Source: a virus
Taxonomy: Duplodnaviria > Caudoviricetes
DNA length: 64,000 nucleotides
Virus record (IMG/VR): IMGVR_UViG_3300027566_000003
Direction: 5' to 3' (one strand)
Positions within the stretch are counted from its first letter, which is position 1. Each line of letters starts with the position of its first letter. A model generated the notes under the pieces. It was not told the DNA's origin and ran no database searches. It worked only from the letters and a program-made list of their open reading frames with translations. Positions 34,023 to 44,897 of this stretch are shown here, piece after piece. The position numbers and the translations under genes were made by a program.

Positions 34023-36773
34023 TAATTATCATTCCTTTTCTCCGCACACGCTTTAGCGTGGCGGCTATGTCCCGCATTGTATACATGTTTAGATATTCAG
34101 ACATACCACTAGCTTGATCATAATTTTCATATCTAGTAGCATCCCTTATGTCTTTATACCACCATTCTTCTTCTTGATTATAATAGTTATTCTCTTTATT
34201 AATAATAACATAATAACTATCATTTATTTTCATTATGTTTTATTCCTCCCATCAAAACTAATTTTAATCTATTGCGTCAAATCTCCAAAAACCATTATTA
34301 ATCTGCCACAATGGAAATAAAGATTGTTCATTTTTCTCATTTTCAAAAATAATATCTTCGTCTCCGTCCCAACTAATATATTTCCATTTACCTCTATAAA
34401 TTTGTTCCTTTTCATTAAAAATATCTCTCTGATAAAGATTAAATACTTCTCCTGAATTAAAATTAATACTCTTTTTTGGAATAACTTCTTTTCTTAATTC
34501 TTCCCACCATTCCTCTCCTTGATATGGGTAGACTCTCTCTTCTCCTGCCATACTTTTATTAAAAACATCTATTCCGTCAGTAAAATCATAATCAATTTCA
34601 GTTTCTCTTCCGTCATTTAGAGGCCAGTTGCAATTCTTATCTAATTTATTATCATTAAATTCTACCATAAAAACATTCATTGCGTTCCGAATATCCTGCA
34701 TTGATTTTCCTACAATTGTTAGGTTTAATTTCATATTATTCTTTCCTTTCTTTAACTAAATCAAAAAATAATTTTAACATCCTGTATAATCAGAATATCC
34801 TTCTTCTTTTTGAAGTCTATAAAATTCATTAATATCTATTTCATCTAGATTAGGCCAACAGCCACTACTGTAAGGAAAACACTGACTACAATATAACCAC
34901 TCAAACAAAACATATTTGTCTTTATGATTTGCAAAATATTTATATACTTCACCCTCTCCATGACATAATTTACATTTTGGGTTAGCGTCATCTTGCATTT
35001 AGTTTACTTCCTTTCTTTTCAAACACCACTGAGGACTTGTTTTCATGTCTCTACCATAAATTTTCTTCCATTCCATAATCCAATCCTTATCAGTCGCTTC
35101 ATAAGTGGTACACGATGATTCATTCAATCACCCGCTTTAGTTTAGATTTAATATATTATTCAACAAATTGGATAGAAATACCTTTATTAATCTCCACTAT
35201 CATCCCAGTGTCCATTATTCCAATCTTTTGCTATTGGATCTTCTTTATAATAATGATAATTATTGTTTAAAATATCACATAATTTGCCATCTCTGTAACA
35301 GTAATTATATTTAATACAAGAAATACAAGTGTTTGACATCATCATAATAATTCCTCCTTAAATGCACTGTAACAGCTCATAAACCAATTTGTTAGTCATT
35401 GTTAAGGTATCACTAATTTGAGCCTTACAATGGCATTCTGGACTGTCTGAGAGTGTTTTGTTAAGATATTCAACATAGACTTTTAAAGCATCAGAGATTA
35501 TATCCATTTCTTGTTTTGAAACTTCTAATGTCGTTGTGATTTTCATTTGATTGATTCTCCTTCAATTTTATTTCGATTATCTCTTAACCATTCTTCAAAT
35601 GCAAGAGAATATTTTCCATTGATATTTATTGGTTTATTATTCGGTTCAATTTCTAACTCTTCGGCTCTTTCCTTAAATGATTTAATTGTCATATAAATAG
35701 CTCCTCCCTTAAAACTGACTTTTTATTTGACTACCCATATTTTCTGTTCAAGCAAGTCTTCTGGTGAAAGAGAATTATTCAATTCGGTAAAATCTTTTCC
35801 ATTAAATACTGACATATCAAATAAGTCATATTTAAACCCATCTTCTATTCCTATCTCATTTTCATCTATGCCCACCACACCAATTACAACAAAAACTTTT
35901 TTACCTGTTTTGCTTTTTTGACCTGTTGCTCTAAATAAAACTTGACCTTGCATTAAATTTCCTCCTTTCAATTTGCTGATTCATCGTATTAAAAATTTAG
36001 AAATATTAAAATATCTTGAGCAATCTACACAATCAATTTCGCAAGTTAAGACATTACGTTTTATATCAATATCATCAATGCTTAATAATTTTATATTGTT
36101 ACTATTTAATCCATCCAATTGCAAACAAGCATATACCCAATCTACCTGTATGTCCTGTGTACTGCGCAATGGAGAATCGAAACAAACATGAATATTATCT
36201 CCTTTACTTTGAGATAGCAATAATAAATTTATTTTATCTATGTTTATCATTTCTCTTACTGGTTCTGGATAATTTAAGTACTCATTATAATCAATTAAAA
36301 CACCTATATTTTTATATCTTTTTAACATTTTTAATCAGGTCCTTTCTTCTTCTCAAATAAAATGAAATCGCAGGTTTAAATGCTCCTATTTTTTTAATTG
36401 CTTATTTGCCAATTCAGGCAAAACATATTTTACACATATTTGATAAGGAATTTTTCCTCCAATAAGATTAATCAACAACGCTTGCAATTCATGCCCTTTG
36501 AGATTCAAAACAATATCTGAATCTTTACTTTCGCAATCATTATATTCTTTAATAAGTTTAGAAATAAGTTTATCTTCAGAGAAATCAAATTCAAATTTAG
36601 TATTCAGCATCTATTTCCAACTCCTTTAAACTAATATGTGTGTTTCACATGTTGCCATTAAGATAGATTCTATTTTTTCATAAGTTAACTTTAATTCTTT
36701 ATTTTATCTTTTCTTTCTTGGTAAGTTAAATATATGTCACTATTAATCTCATTTATTAGATTTACAAGTTCCT

Positions 36774-37346
36774 CTACTTTACGCATAAAACACTCTCCTT
36801 AAACTTCCTATTCAATTCATTAACCTTATCAGAAACCTTGTTAATATCTTTTGTTTCTTTGATTCCTCCATCTACCATTTGAGCATTACAACATCTAGTC
36901 CAATAGCGGTCAGTATTAAGATATTTACTTAGTATGTATTTACTATTCTTTTCAATCACTTCTTTCCCACACTTCTTACATTTACCAATATAAGATGTTC
37001 CGACATGATAAGCTGTACCAGTAGAACTTGCTCCTATTTTATATAATTCCGTTTCAAAATCTCTGCTATTATCTCTGCTCTCTTTACCTGAAACAGAACA
37101 ATACCAATGACAAAGTTCATGGAGTAGTGTATCGTCAAGAGTTAGTTCATTGTGTTTACCATCGAATAAAAATTCTGCCAATACTAGTTTTTCAGGGATT
37201 TTACCCTCTCTATCTTTATAATGTACACTTCCCATTACACTTTTATATCTTCCATTTAAAACTATAGGAAGGTCAAAATCTAAATCCCATAATTCTTTTG
37301 CGTAGAATTGAGCTTTTTGGACTACAACATTAAGACTAATTGACAT
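36774..37346 (-). CDS. SprT-like zinc metalloprotease
   Basis: LNGRYKSVMG...LDDTLLHELCHW...F..EL..IG followed by a CKKC zinc motif. Confidence 0.85.
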   Translation of the reverse strand: MSISLNVVVQKAQFYAKELWDLDFDLPIVLNGRYKSVMGSVHYKDREGKIPEKLVLAEFLFDGKHNELTLDDTLLHELCHWYCSVSGKESRDNSRDFETELYKIGASSTGTAYHVGTSYIGKCKKCGKEVIEKNSKYILSKYLNTDRYWTRCCNAQMVDGGIKETKDINKVSDKVNELNRKFKESVLCVK

Positions 37347-37812
37347 TTAAGATTACTCCCTTCCTCTTTAATAAAACTTTGCGCCATTTAAATCTCTTTC
37401 TAAAGATATCTCTTCTTCACATAGACAATTATGACATCTTAAATAAATTGGTTGATTATCATAAACTCTAATTACTCTTGGTTTTCTTAATACTCCACAT
37501 TCTAATTCAAAAAATGTTTTGGTATTTGTTACAATAACTACTTCATGTAATTTGTTTTGTACTTCACAATTGTTACAATAAAGATAATCATCTTCGAGAG
37601 TAAAATAATTCATGTTTTTACATCTCCATCCAACGAAATTCTCATTTTGTTTTATTTAATTTATTCTTCCAATCTCTATAATAACATCTCTCGCAAACAT
37701 ACACTTCTTCGCCAGAATCAAGAATTATATGCCATTTAGACCACTCACCACATTTGCATCTGACTAGGTATCCTATGCTTTTGTAGTTTGTTTTCAATTG
37801 ATTTTCTCCTCC

Positions 37813-38496
37813 TTACAGATTTAATTCAAGATACACATCATCTAGTTCATCTTGGGTGATTCCGATATACCGTAAACTTTCCTTTGGTGAAGAGTGATTA
37901 AGCAAAGCTTGAATACGTGTAATATCTACCCCTGCATCATACAGAGCAAATGCAAAACTTTTTCGTAGGGAATGAGTAGAAATAGATTCTTTTATGCCTA
38001 CAGACTTTGCTGCTTTGCTTAGAATAACATGCGCTTGTTGTCTCGTGATAGCTTCATTTCCTTTTCTAGAGGCAAATAGGTATATTTGATCGGGTTGAAT
38101 AGTAGCAAGATATTCTGATAAAGCATTTTTTACGTTTGTATTGAATGGGAAGTTTTTTGCTTTACTGGTCTTTTGTTCATGCAATCTAATTCTATCACGT
38201 ATTTTACCTTTTTCATCCATTACATCTAAAACTTTCAAATCCAACAAATCACTAATTCTTAAAGCAGAATTGATTCCAAGTGTAAACAATGCCCAATCTC
38301 TTAACGATTTTGATTTTAGATATACTTTCATTTCTTCAATCTTAACCTTATCTTTAATTGGTTGAACCTCTTGCATACCACGACTAGTTTTCAATTTTGC
38401 TCCGCAAGAAGTGCATTTTGTAGAATTTTTTAGTGCCGGACTACCACATTCTTTACATGTTTTTGTGAATTCATTTTTCTTTGTCACCACAATCAC
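37813..38496 (-). CDS. Tyrosine recombinase with N-terminal zinc ribbon
   Basis: Catalytic R (SALRISD), K, HSLR, H (LNHS) and Y (LRYIG) all present; N-terminal CKEC...CTSC. Confidence 0.92.
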   Translation of the reverse strand: MIVVTKKNEFTKTCKECGSPALKNSTKCTSCGAKLKTSRGMQEVQPIKDKVKIEEMKVYLKSKSLRDWALFTLGINSALRISDLLDLKVLDVMDEKGKIRDRIRLHEQKTSKAKNFPFNTNVKNALSEYLATIQPDQIYLFASRKGNEAITRQQAHVILSKAAKSVGIKESISTHSLRKSFAFALYDAGVDITRIQALLNHSSPKESLRYIGITQDELDDVYLELNL

Positions 38497-38500
38497 TTCC

Positions 38501-38620
38501 TTAAATCTTCGCTGTGTGACCTGTATTTACCTTGTAAGTGTTTGTATCAACAGGTTTGATGTTGATGTACATAACCACTGATAAAACGATTAGAGCAAGG
38601 ATTATGAGTTTCTTATTCAT
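38501..38620 (-). CDS. 39-aa secreted signalling-propeptide-like ORF
   Basis: MNKKLIILALIVLSVVMYINIKPVDTNTYKVNTGHTAKI; SD AAGGAGTG; basic N-terminus, hydrophobic core, polar C-terminal tail. Confidence 0.65.
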   Translation of the reverse strand: MNKKLIILALIVLSVVMYINIKPVDTNTYKVNTGHTAKI

Positions 38621-38633
38621 GATTGATCACTCC

Positions 38634-38732
38634 TTATATTTTATTATTTTCATTCTTATGCGCTCCATAATTAAATAGCAATATTGATGCAAGTGCTAGT
38701 AGATAGATTGCTGTGTACATTATGTATTTCAT
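38634..38732 (-). CDS. 32-aa hydrophobic peptide
   Basis: MKYIMYTAIYLLALASILLFNYGAHKNENNKI; SD GAGGAGG. Confidence 0.55.
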   Translation of the reverse strand: MKYIMYTAIYLLALASILLFNYGAHKNENNKI

Positions 38733-38922
38733 TATTGAATTCCTCCTCTTTCCATTGTTGAAGGATTTTTAGAATACGGATTGCCTTTTCTTTGTTGATT
38801 TTGTTAGTCATTTCAAAAAATCTCCTTTCGAGTAAAATATGTATTCTTCCATCTTTGTTCGTAAGTCAATGGTCTACTGAAGTATTTTTTGATAGCATAA
38901 ATCCACAGTTTCTTAGGAATTA

Positions 38923-39465
38923 TTAAGCACATTTACATTCAACTCCTTCAATTTTCTTAATTAAATAAAATCCTACAAATGTTGTATAATCTCCTCGATT
39001 GCAAGTTTCTGGATTATGTATTATTTTTCTGCTATTGTCTCGATTGGTTATTTCATATGCTCCTCTTTTGTGAGACCATGTACCATCATCATTTTGTCTG
39101 TACCAGTGGTAATCATCATCTGCCAAACACAATGCTACTTTCCAACAATTTTCTTCTTCAATATATTTTTTATAAGTTGTTTTAAGAAGTTTATAACCTA
39201 ATCTTTTTAAATCTCTTCTTGCAGAATTAATTATTTCTTTACTCGTTTCTTTTGGATCATGATAATCCCTAAAGCAATCTCTGCCTCTTCCACCTAAAAA
39301 TCCTGGCTGACAATAATCATAATTTTCATAATGTCTTCCGGTGTATGGGTTTAAAGGTTGATTAATTGCATAAGTATAACAATTATTTGCTTTTCTTTTA
39401 TATTTCCTTTTAGCAGAATCATTAAAGGTTAAGCCATTATATTTAGACATAACTCCTTCTCTCAA
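38923..39465 (-). CDS. Papain-fold (Cys-His) putative amidase/peptidase
   Basis: NNCYTYA...QPG...DYHWYRQNDDGTWSHKRG. Confidence 0.55.
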   Translation of the reverse strand: MREGVMSKYNGLTFNDSAKRKYKRKANNCYTYAINQPLNPYTGRHYENYDYCQPGFLGGRGRDCFRDYHDPKETSKEIINSARRDLKRLGYKLLKTTYKKYIEEENCWKVALCLADDDYHWYRQNDDGTWSHKRGAYEITNRDNSRKIIHNPETCNRGDYTTFVGFYLIKKIEGVECKCA

Positions 39466-39535
39466 CTCCTTAATATATTTTATTTATACTTTATTATACA
39501 TTAGATTCTTTCTTATTACAATAGTCAATAGTATT

Positions 39536-42500
39536 TTACTCATATCCAAATGCTTCCCATCCATCACTCTGTTTGTCGTCTTGGTTGAAATAAATCCACA
39601 TTAAATACCCTTCTCCATCGACTCCAGAAACTTCAATACCTTCTATATTACTTTCATCTTGATCATATAAATCTGACTCTTCTTCGCTTAATAAATGCAA
39701 GGGCATTGTAGCATTAGTATCTTTTACAATATACCATTCTTTGGTATTCTTATCATCTATGATAAGTATTGGTTTATTAAGATATTTTGTTTGAATATCT
39801 TGTTTAGATAATTTATTTAATTGATTCATTTTAAAATTCCTCCAATAAATTTGTTATTTGTTTGGGTTATAACTTTTAAGAAACTCAAATCCAATTTCAG
39901 TTAAAGTATATTCATTTATCCCGAATTGATCTTTAACTAAATCACACTTTCTTAAATTGTCAATCAATGTGTCAAGTTCAGCTTCTTCATCTGTTCTATA
40001 GCAATCTGTAATATAAACTCTATGTTCGTGTTTTACTCTTTTTAATAAATCCATTTCTTTCTCAGTGAATTCTGATTCAATGGTTTTAATTATCTTATTT
40101 CCCTCAAATTTGTAATTAATTTTCATTTAAAATTCCATCCTTTCTTATCCAAGCAAATAAGTCTTTCAAAGATTTTAATTTATTTTTCACCGTTATAAAT
40201 TTTAATTGCCAATTCTCCAATTTGATCATTTTTCCATCTTGTAGCTACGCAAACCAACATAAAATCTGGTCTATGACAAATACCACGATCAGGACATTCT
40301 TCTCTATAAGAACTTGTTAAATATCCATCACTATCCATTATACAGAACCAATCAGGATCATCATATGCTTCTTTCGCCAGACGCTTTATTCCTTCATTGG
40401 GATAAATTAAAGTTTTTGCTTCTTGTATAATTTCAATTGCACTTTTCATTAAATATCCTCCTTTCAAATCCCTGTTTCGTGCTATTCTATTTTCCCATTA
40501 AGAAACGGAATACCACTCTTAATCAATTCAATTAATTCAAGAGCTTCCGACTCATAATTTATAACTAATTGCTCTGCTATATTTGGATCAATTTTACCTG
40601 AAGTTCTTTGAATAATTAGTGAACCTGCAACACCATCTTCAACATTTAACCTCATAAAGTTTTCTTCGATTTTTACACTTTTAACTTTAAACATATTTAT
40701 TCTCCTCTCATAGCATGAAATTCACGTTTTATCTTACTTCAACTCCTAAATCTTTTTTCTTCCATAATATTTTCTCCTCCTTTAATTTAATAATATATCA
40801 TTTACATTATTCTTTTAAATTCAGTATACATTTCGCTACATAGTGATACAGGATCTCTAGAGGTAGTATCACTCATAAGAGTATGATAAACTAAACTTCC
40901 ATTGTCAAACTCAATTATTATGTCAATTGGTATATTTATACCTTTCCATTTAAAGCCTTGACATGCCATTTTATCTTCAGATACTAATTTGACAATTTCC
41001 CATAATCTCATTTAACCCACCTCGCTTTCATCTGCTGCCCATTTTAATCCTCTAATTTCACCTTCAATTATAGATATCCTTATTTCTTTTCCCGCAATCG
41101 CATCACAATCTTTATTAGGTCTTACACCTTGACTTCGTTGGTATTCTAAAACATCAATAATTTCTGATTGTAGTTTAGTAATTTCTTTGTTGAGTGTTTG
41201 GATTCTTTGACCAATATCATATAGATGTTTCATTTGTTTTGCTCCTTTCTTTCAAACAGATCTAAAACTTTCTCTAATGCGTATACTTTACCATCCCTGA
41301 ATGAATATGTTAAATCTTTTAAATATGGTTCCTTTGCAGACTCCTCTGCTTCTTTTAGGCATTTCTTCAATTTTTTCTTTTAATTCATTAATATCCATAA
41401 AAAAATCACTCCTTTAATTAAATATTTGAAACTGATTTAAATTAATTAAAACTTCGGTTCATATTTAACTGCTTTTTGTTCATAGGTATATTCAATTTTA
41501 CCACATTTTTTACAAGTCCTACTCCATCTTTGTTTCAAAGCATCTCTAAATGAAGTTTTAGGCCACATATGAACTCCTTGTGTCTCATATTCTCCCGTTG
41601 AATATTCTTCCCTATATTTTTCAGGATCATATTTTACTTCATTCCATTGATGATTACAATTTCTTTCTAAATTTTCTTGATTTACTTTTGCTTCACGCAA
41701 TTGCTGTTCTAATCTTTTAATATCTTCATAACTCATTACATCTTCCTTCTTTCATTCTTAATTTTAAACACCATTAAATCTATCATTTAAAGTACAAAAT
41801 CTAAATCTTTATAGATTAATTTCCTAATATAATCAAAATCATTAATGCCTTTTAACAATAATCTTTTACATCTTTCCAAAATTTCTAAATAATTAATAAA
41901 GTCATAATAATTATGTGTTGATTTAAATTCATTTTGTATTTTGTTCATTAGTTCTTCGTCGGAAATAGTTTTAATTTCAGTTAATAATTGTTCTTCTTGC
42001 ATCATTAGTTTAACTCTGCTTTTACCTTCTCCAGACATTGTAGTATAAAAATACGGAAGATATTTTAAGTTTATCATGTAGCACCTCTCATTTATCTGTG
42101 TTATTGTTTATCATAAATTATTAAACAACTTGTTTTAATTGTTTGTGGCACACCTACTGTAATATATTTAATATCAATTAAATCTTCCCTACTTATTTTA
42201 TTCTCTGTTAAAAAATCGTTAATTTTTTTATCTATAGATTGCCCATCACTTCTAATTTCTTTAACTTTTAACATTTGAATTTCTCCTCTTAACTGCTCAC
42301 CCTTTTGTTGAGTCAGTTTACAACAACATCAAATCAGGCATTTATGCCAATTGAATAACTTCTATAGTAATTCTGATTTTGTTACCTTTTAAATCTTCTA
42401 TCATTTCTCCTAGTGAGCAAATGGGTTTATCGTAAGTTAAACAACCATCTAGATATTTTGTAAAATCTTTATCAAGATAAAGAGATACTTCTCCATCGTG

Positions 42501-43462
42501 ATTAACATCAGGGAATCCTTCAAAAGTTCTTCTGTATACTTTATCTAAGTCTTTAATAAAAGAATTAAACAATTCGGATTCTGTTCTCTTTGTAAATTCT
42601 TCAAGCCACTCATTCCAATATTGTTCTTCTGAGATTTCTTTGATATCTATTTCAATATCTTGGTTATAATCTAATATTCCTTTCCATCTTTTTGATTTTC
42701 TAACTAACTCAACAATCTCTTTTGCACGTTCTTGTGTCCGGCAATACATATTTCCAAAACCTTCTCTTGTGTCTTTGTTGCACATTCCGATTTTTTTAAT
42801 CATAATATAATCACTCTCTTTCTTCTTAATTAATTTTAAATCTCTTTTGCAGTTTTAATTGCAAGTTCAATACTTCTATATCCTTCGAATACATTAAAAA
42901 ATTCTACTTTGTTTTCAGTGTGATCATATTTCTCAACTATAAAGAAACCGTCACTATCTAAATAAATTTGATTCTTACCAATTTTCACTGACTCGCCATT
43001 TAAAAGTTTTACTAAGTCTTCTTTACGCATATCGCCAACTCCTTCTGTCCTGTAAATTTAGGTTTAATCTAGTTATTTGAAATTATACATTGGTAATAAT
43101 TTTTGACCGCAATATTTACATTGTTGTGTATTACTGGCTGTGCCTGTAAAACAAATTGGACAGTAAAATCCTCTTGCATATTCATTCCACTGTATTTTAA
43201 TAGGTTTATCTTTATTAGTCAAAAAGTTCACTCCTTTCAATTCTTTAAATAATTCCACAATGTCCGCTATTGTATGCAAGACAACTTCTTCATCTACTCT
43301 GAAACCCTCTTCGCCTAAATCTTTCCCAATACAAGCACCAATATATCCTTCCTTATTTTCTATAAAATGCTCAACATCATTAATATTGTGAACACACCCA
43401 TCGCCATGAGAAATGTAATAAAACCTGTCATTTTTACCCATCTTAATCATCCTTTCACTCAC
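39536..43462 (-). other. Array of short hypothetical phage ORFs
   Basis: Consecutive minus-strand ORFs with SD sites. Confidence 0.7.
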
Positions 43463-43725
43463 TCCATTAAATCTTCAATCTTAACCCCTAATGCATTAAC
43501 TAACCTTAAAGCATTTTCAAAACTAATATTGGTCTTCTTACTAACTTTTCGATATTGATAAATTGTTTCAATACTCAATCCGGTTTTATCTGCTAAACCC
43601 TGACCATTCCTATGATATTCTGAATTGTCAATAATTCTTACTAGATTGCTTTTTATGACAGTAGAATCAGTTGCATTGTATTTTTCTATAAGTGATTCTA
43701 AATCCTTCTGCTGAATGTGATTCAT
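43459..43725 (-). CDS. XRE/Cro-like HTH regulator
   Basis: GQGLADKTGLSIETIYQYRK...NISFENALRLVNALGVKIEDL. Confidence 0.85.
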   Translation of the reverse strand: MNHIQQKDLESLIEKYNATDSTVIKSNLVRIIDNSEYHRNGQGLADKTGLSIETIYQYRKVSKKTNISFENALRLVNALGVKIEDLME

Positions 43726-43777
43726 TTTTCTATGTATTCACCTGCTTTCTAGTTGATTTGTTTTCTCTCTTGAGTAT

Positions 43778-43806
43778 AGTATATATCTTGGTAATTGGTA
43801 TGTCAA
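43778..43806 (-). promoter_or_regulatory. sigmaA promoter of the XRE gene
   Basis: TTGACA-17 bp-TATACT. Confidence 0.8.
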
Positions 43807-43890
43807 CACCAATTTAGGATAAATAAAAAATATTATTTTACGTTTTATATATTCCAAGCAAATTGCGTTTTTATAGGTACAAATAAATAG

Positions 43891-43916
43891 AAAGCAGGAG
43901 GTTTATGTCCTGCTTT
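43891..43916. terminator. Intrinsic terminator after the BRO gene (possibly bidirectional)
   Basis: AAAGCAGGA/TCCTGCTTT stem. Confidence 0.7.
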
Positions 43917-43931
43917 TTATGTATTATGTAA

Positions 43932-44897
43932 TTATTTTGATGTACTTGTGGCATATTCCTCAGTTTCGATTGTTTTATATGCTTCGGAACACAACTGCCA
44001 TTTATCATTTTTATCTATGATATCTAAATAATTAACTTTACCTTTAAGCGTACTCAGTTTATATGGATCTTTGCCTTCAACCACCCTATCCTCATTAATT
44101 TTATCCCATTCATTTTTACGTCTTGCATAAACATCAAAACTACCTAACGTCTTCATTTTACTAAATAGAGCATTATATGCTTTTGATTTATCTCTTCCAA
44201 AATATTTATTAGCAAGAATCACCATCTTTTCAGAGAAATTGGTACGATCACAGATAAATACTTGTTGACCTTTAATTAGTTCTGTATCGGCTTTTATATC
44301 GTCAACTTGACTTTGCATTAATGCTAACATTTTTGACTGTTTATATGCTGTTAAGTCAGTCACCTTAGAATTATAAGCAAATTGCATAAGCATATCATTA
44401 GGATTATTGGTTAATGTTTGTTTGAGATTGTATATTGTAAGTGTGATATTTCTTTCTGTTTCATCTTCGATAAGCATTATATTATTTTCTGTTGAATCGA
44501 ATCTACCTGTTCTTTGAATTTGAGAAATTATTGATTTTACTTTTTTCTTGAATTGTTTAGCTTGAGGAAGTAGTGAATTATAAATCAGATCAAATGCACC
44601 ATCTTCATTTATAAATATTTCTCCTCTAGTTCCTATAGTATAATTTTCGTAACCTCCCAAGTTACGAAAACTTTCTTTCGTAACAAGAAACCTACTTTCT
44701 TCATCTACATTATTTGTAATGGCTTTAGATAAATTAACTCTCTCACTTTCTTTAGTAGTACAATTAACAGCATAACCTAAAATATTGGAAACTTGTTTAC
44801 CATTAAATAATACAGTACCTTCAAACTCAAAATTTACATCATCTTTTGTTAGGATTTCTAATTCTTGTCCTTCAAAAATTGTTAATTCATTACTCAT
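43932..44897 (-). CDS. BRO-N domain antirepressor-like protein
   Basis: LTIFEG...VLFNGKQVSNILGY...FINEDGAFDLIYNS.LPQAKQFK...IQRTGRF, then a coiled coil. Confidence 0.8.
   Translation of the reverse strand: MSNELTIFEGQELEILTKDDVNFEFEGTVLFNGKQVSNILGYAVNCTTKESERVNLSKAITNNVDEESRFLVTKESFRNLGGYENYTIGTRGEIFINEDGAFDLIYNSLLPQAKQFKKKVKSIISQIQRTGRFDSTENNIMLIEDETERNITLTIYNLKQTLTNNPNDMLMQFAYNSKVTDLTAYKQSKMLALMQSQVDDIKADTELIKGQQVFICDRTNFSEKMVILANKYFGRDKSKAYNALFSKMKTLGSFDVYARRKNEWDKINEDRVVEGKDPYKLSTLKGKVNYLDIIDKNDKWQLCSEAYKTIETEEYATSTSK

Larger units (their letters stand above)
31907..34080 (-). mobile_element. IS200/IS605-family element 2 (apparently intact tnpA + tnpB)
   Basis: Left-end hairpin CACGC-TAAA-GCGTG (~34047-34060) and right-end hairpin CGAGC-TTTA-GCTCG; removing the element rejoins ORF 34233 to a stop at 31838 (73 aa, ...SEYLNMY|RNHTKTAF...). 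Confidence 0.9.

Noticed and set aside
31907-34080. IStron (group I intron-IS605 chimera), since both elements interrupt ORFs
   Set aside because: The left-end hairpin lies directly against tnpA, leaving no room for a group I core, and no P7-type motifs were seen
38501-39465. Complete arbitrium (aimR-aimP-aimX) or agr locus
   Set aside because: No TPR receptor or AgrB-like gene adjacent; only orphan peptide ORFs are supported
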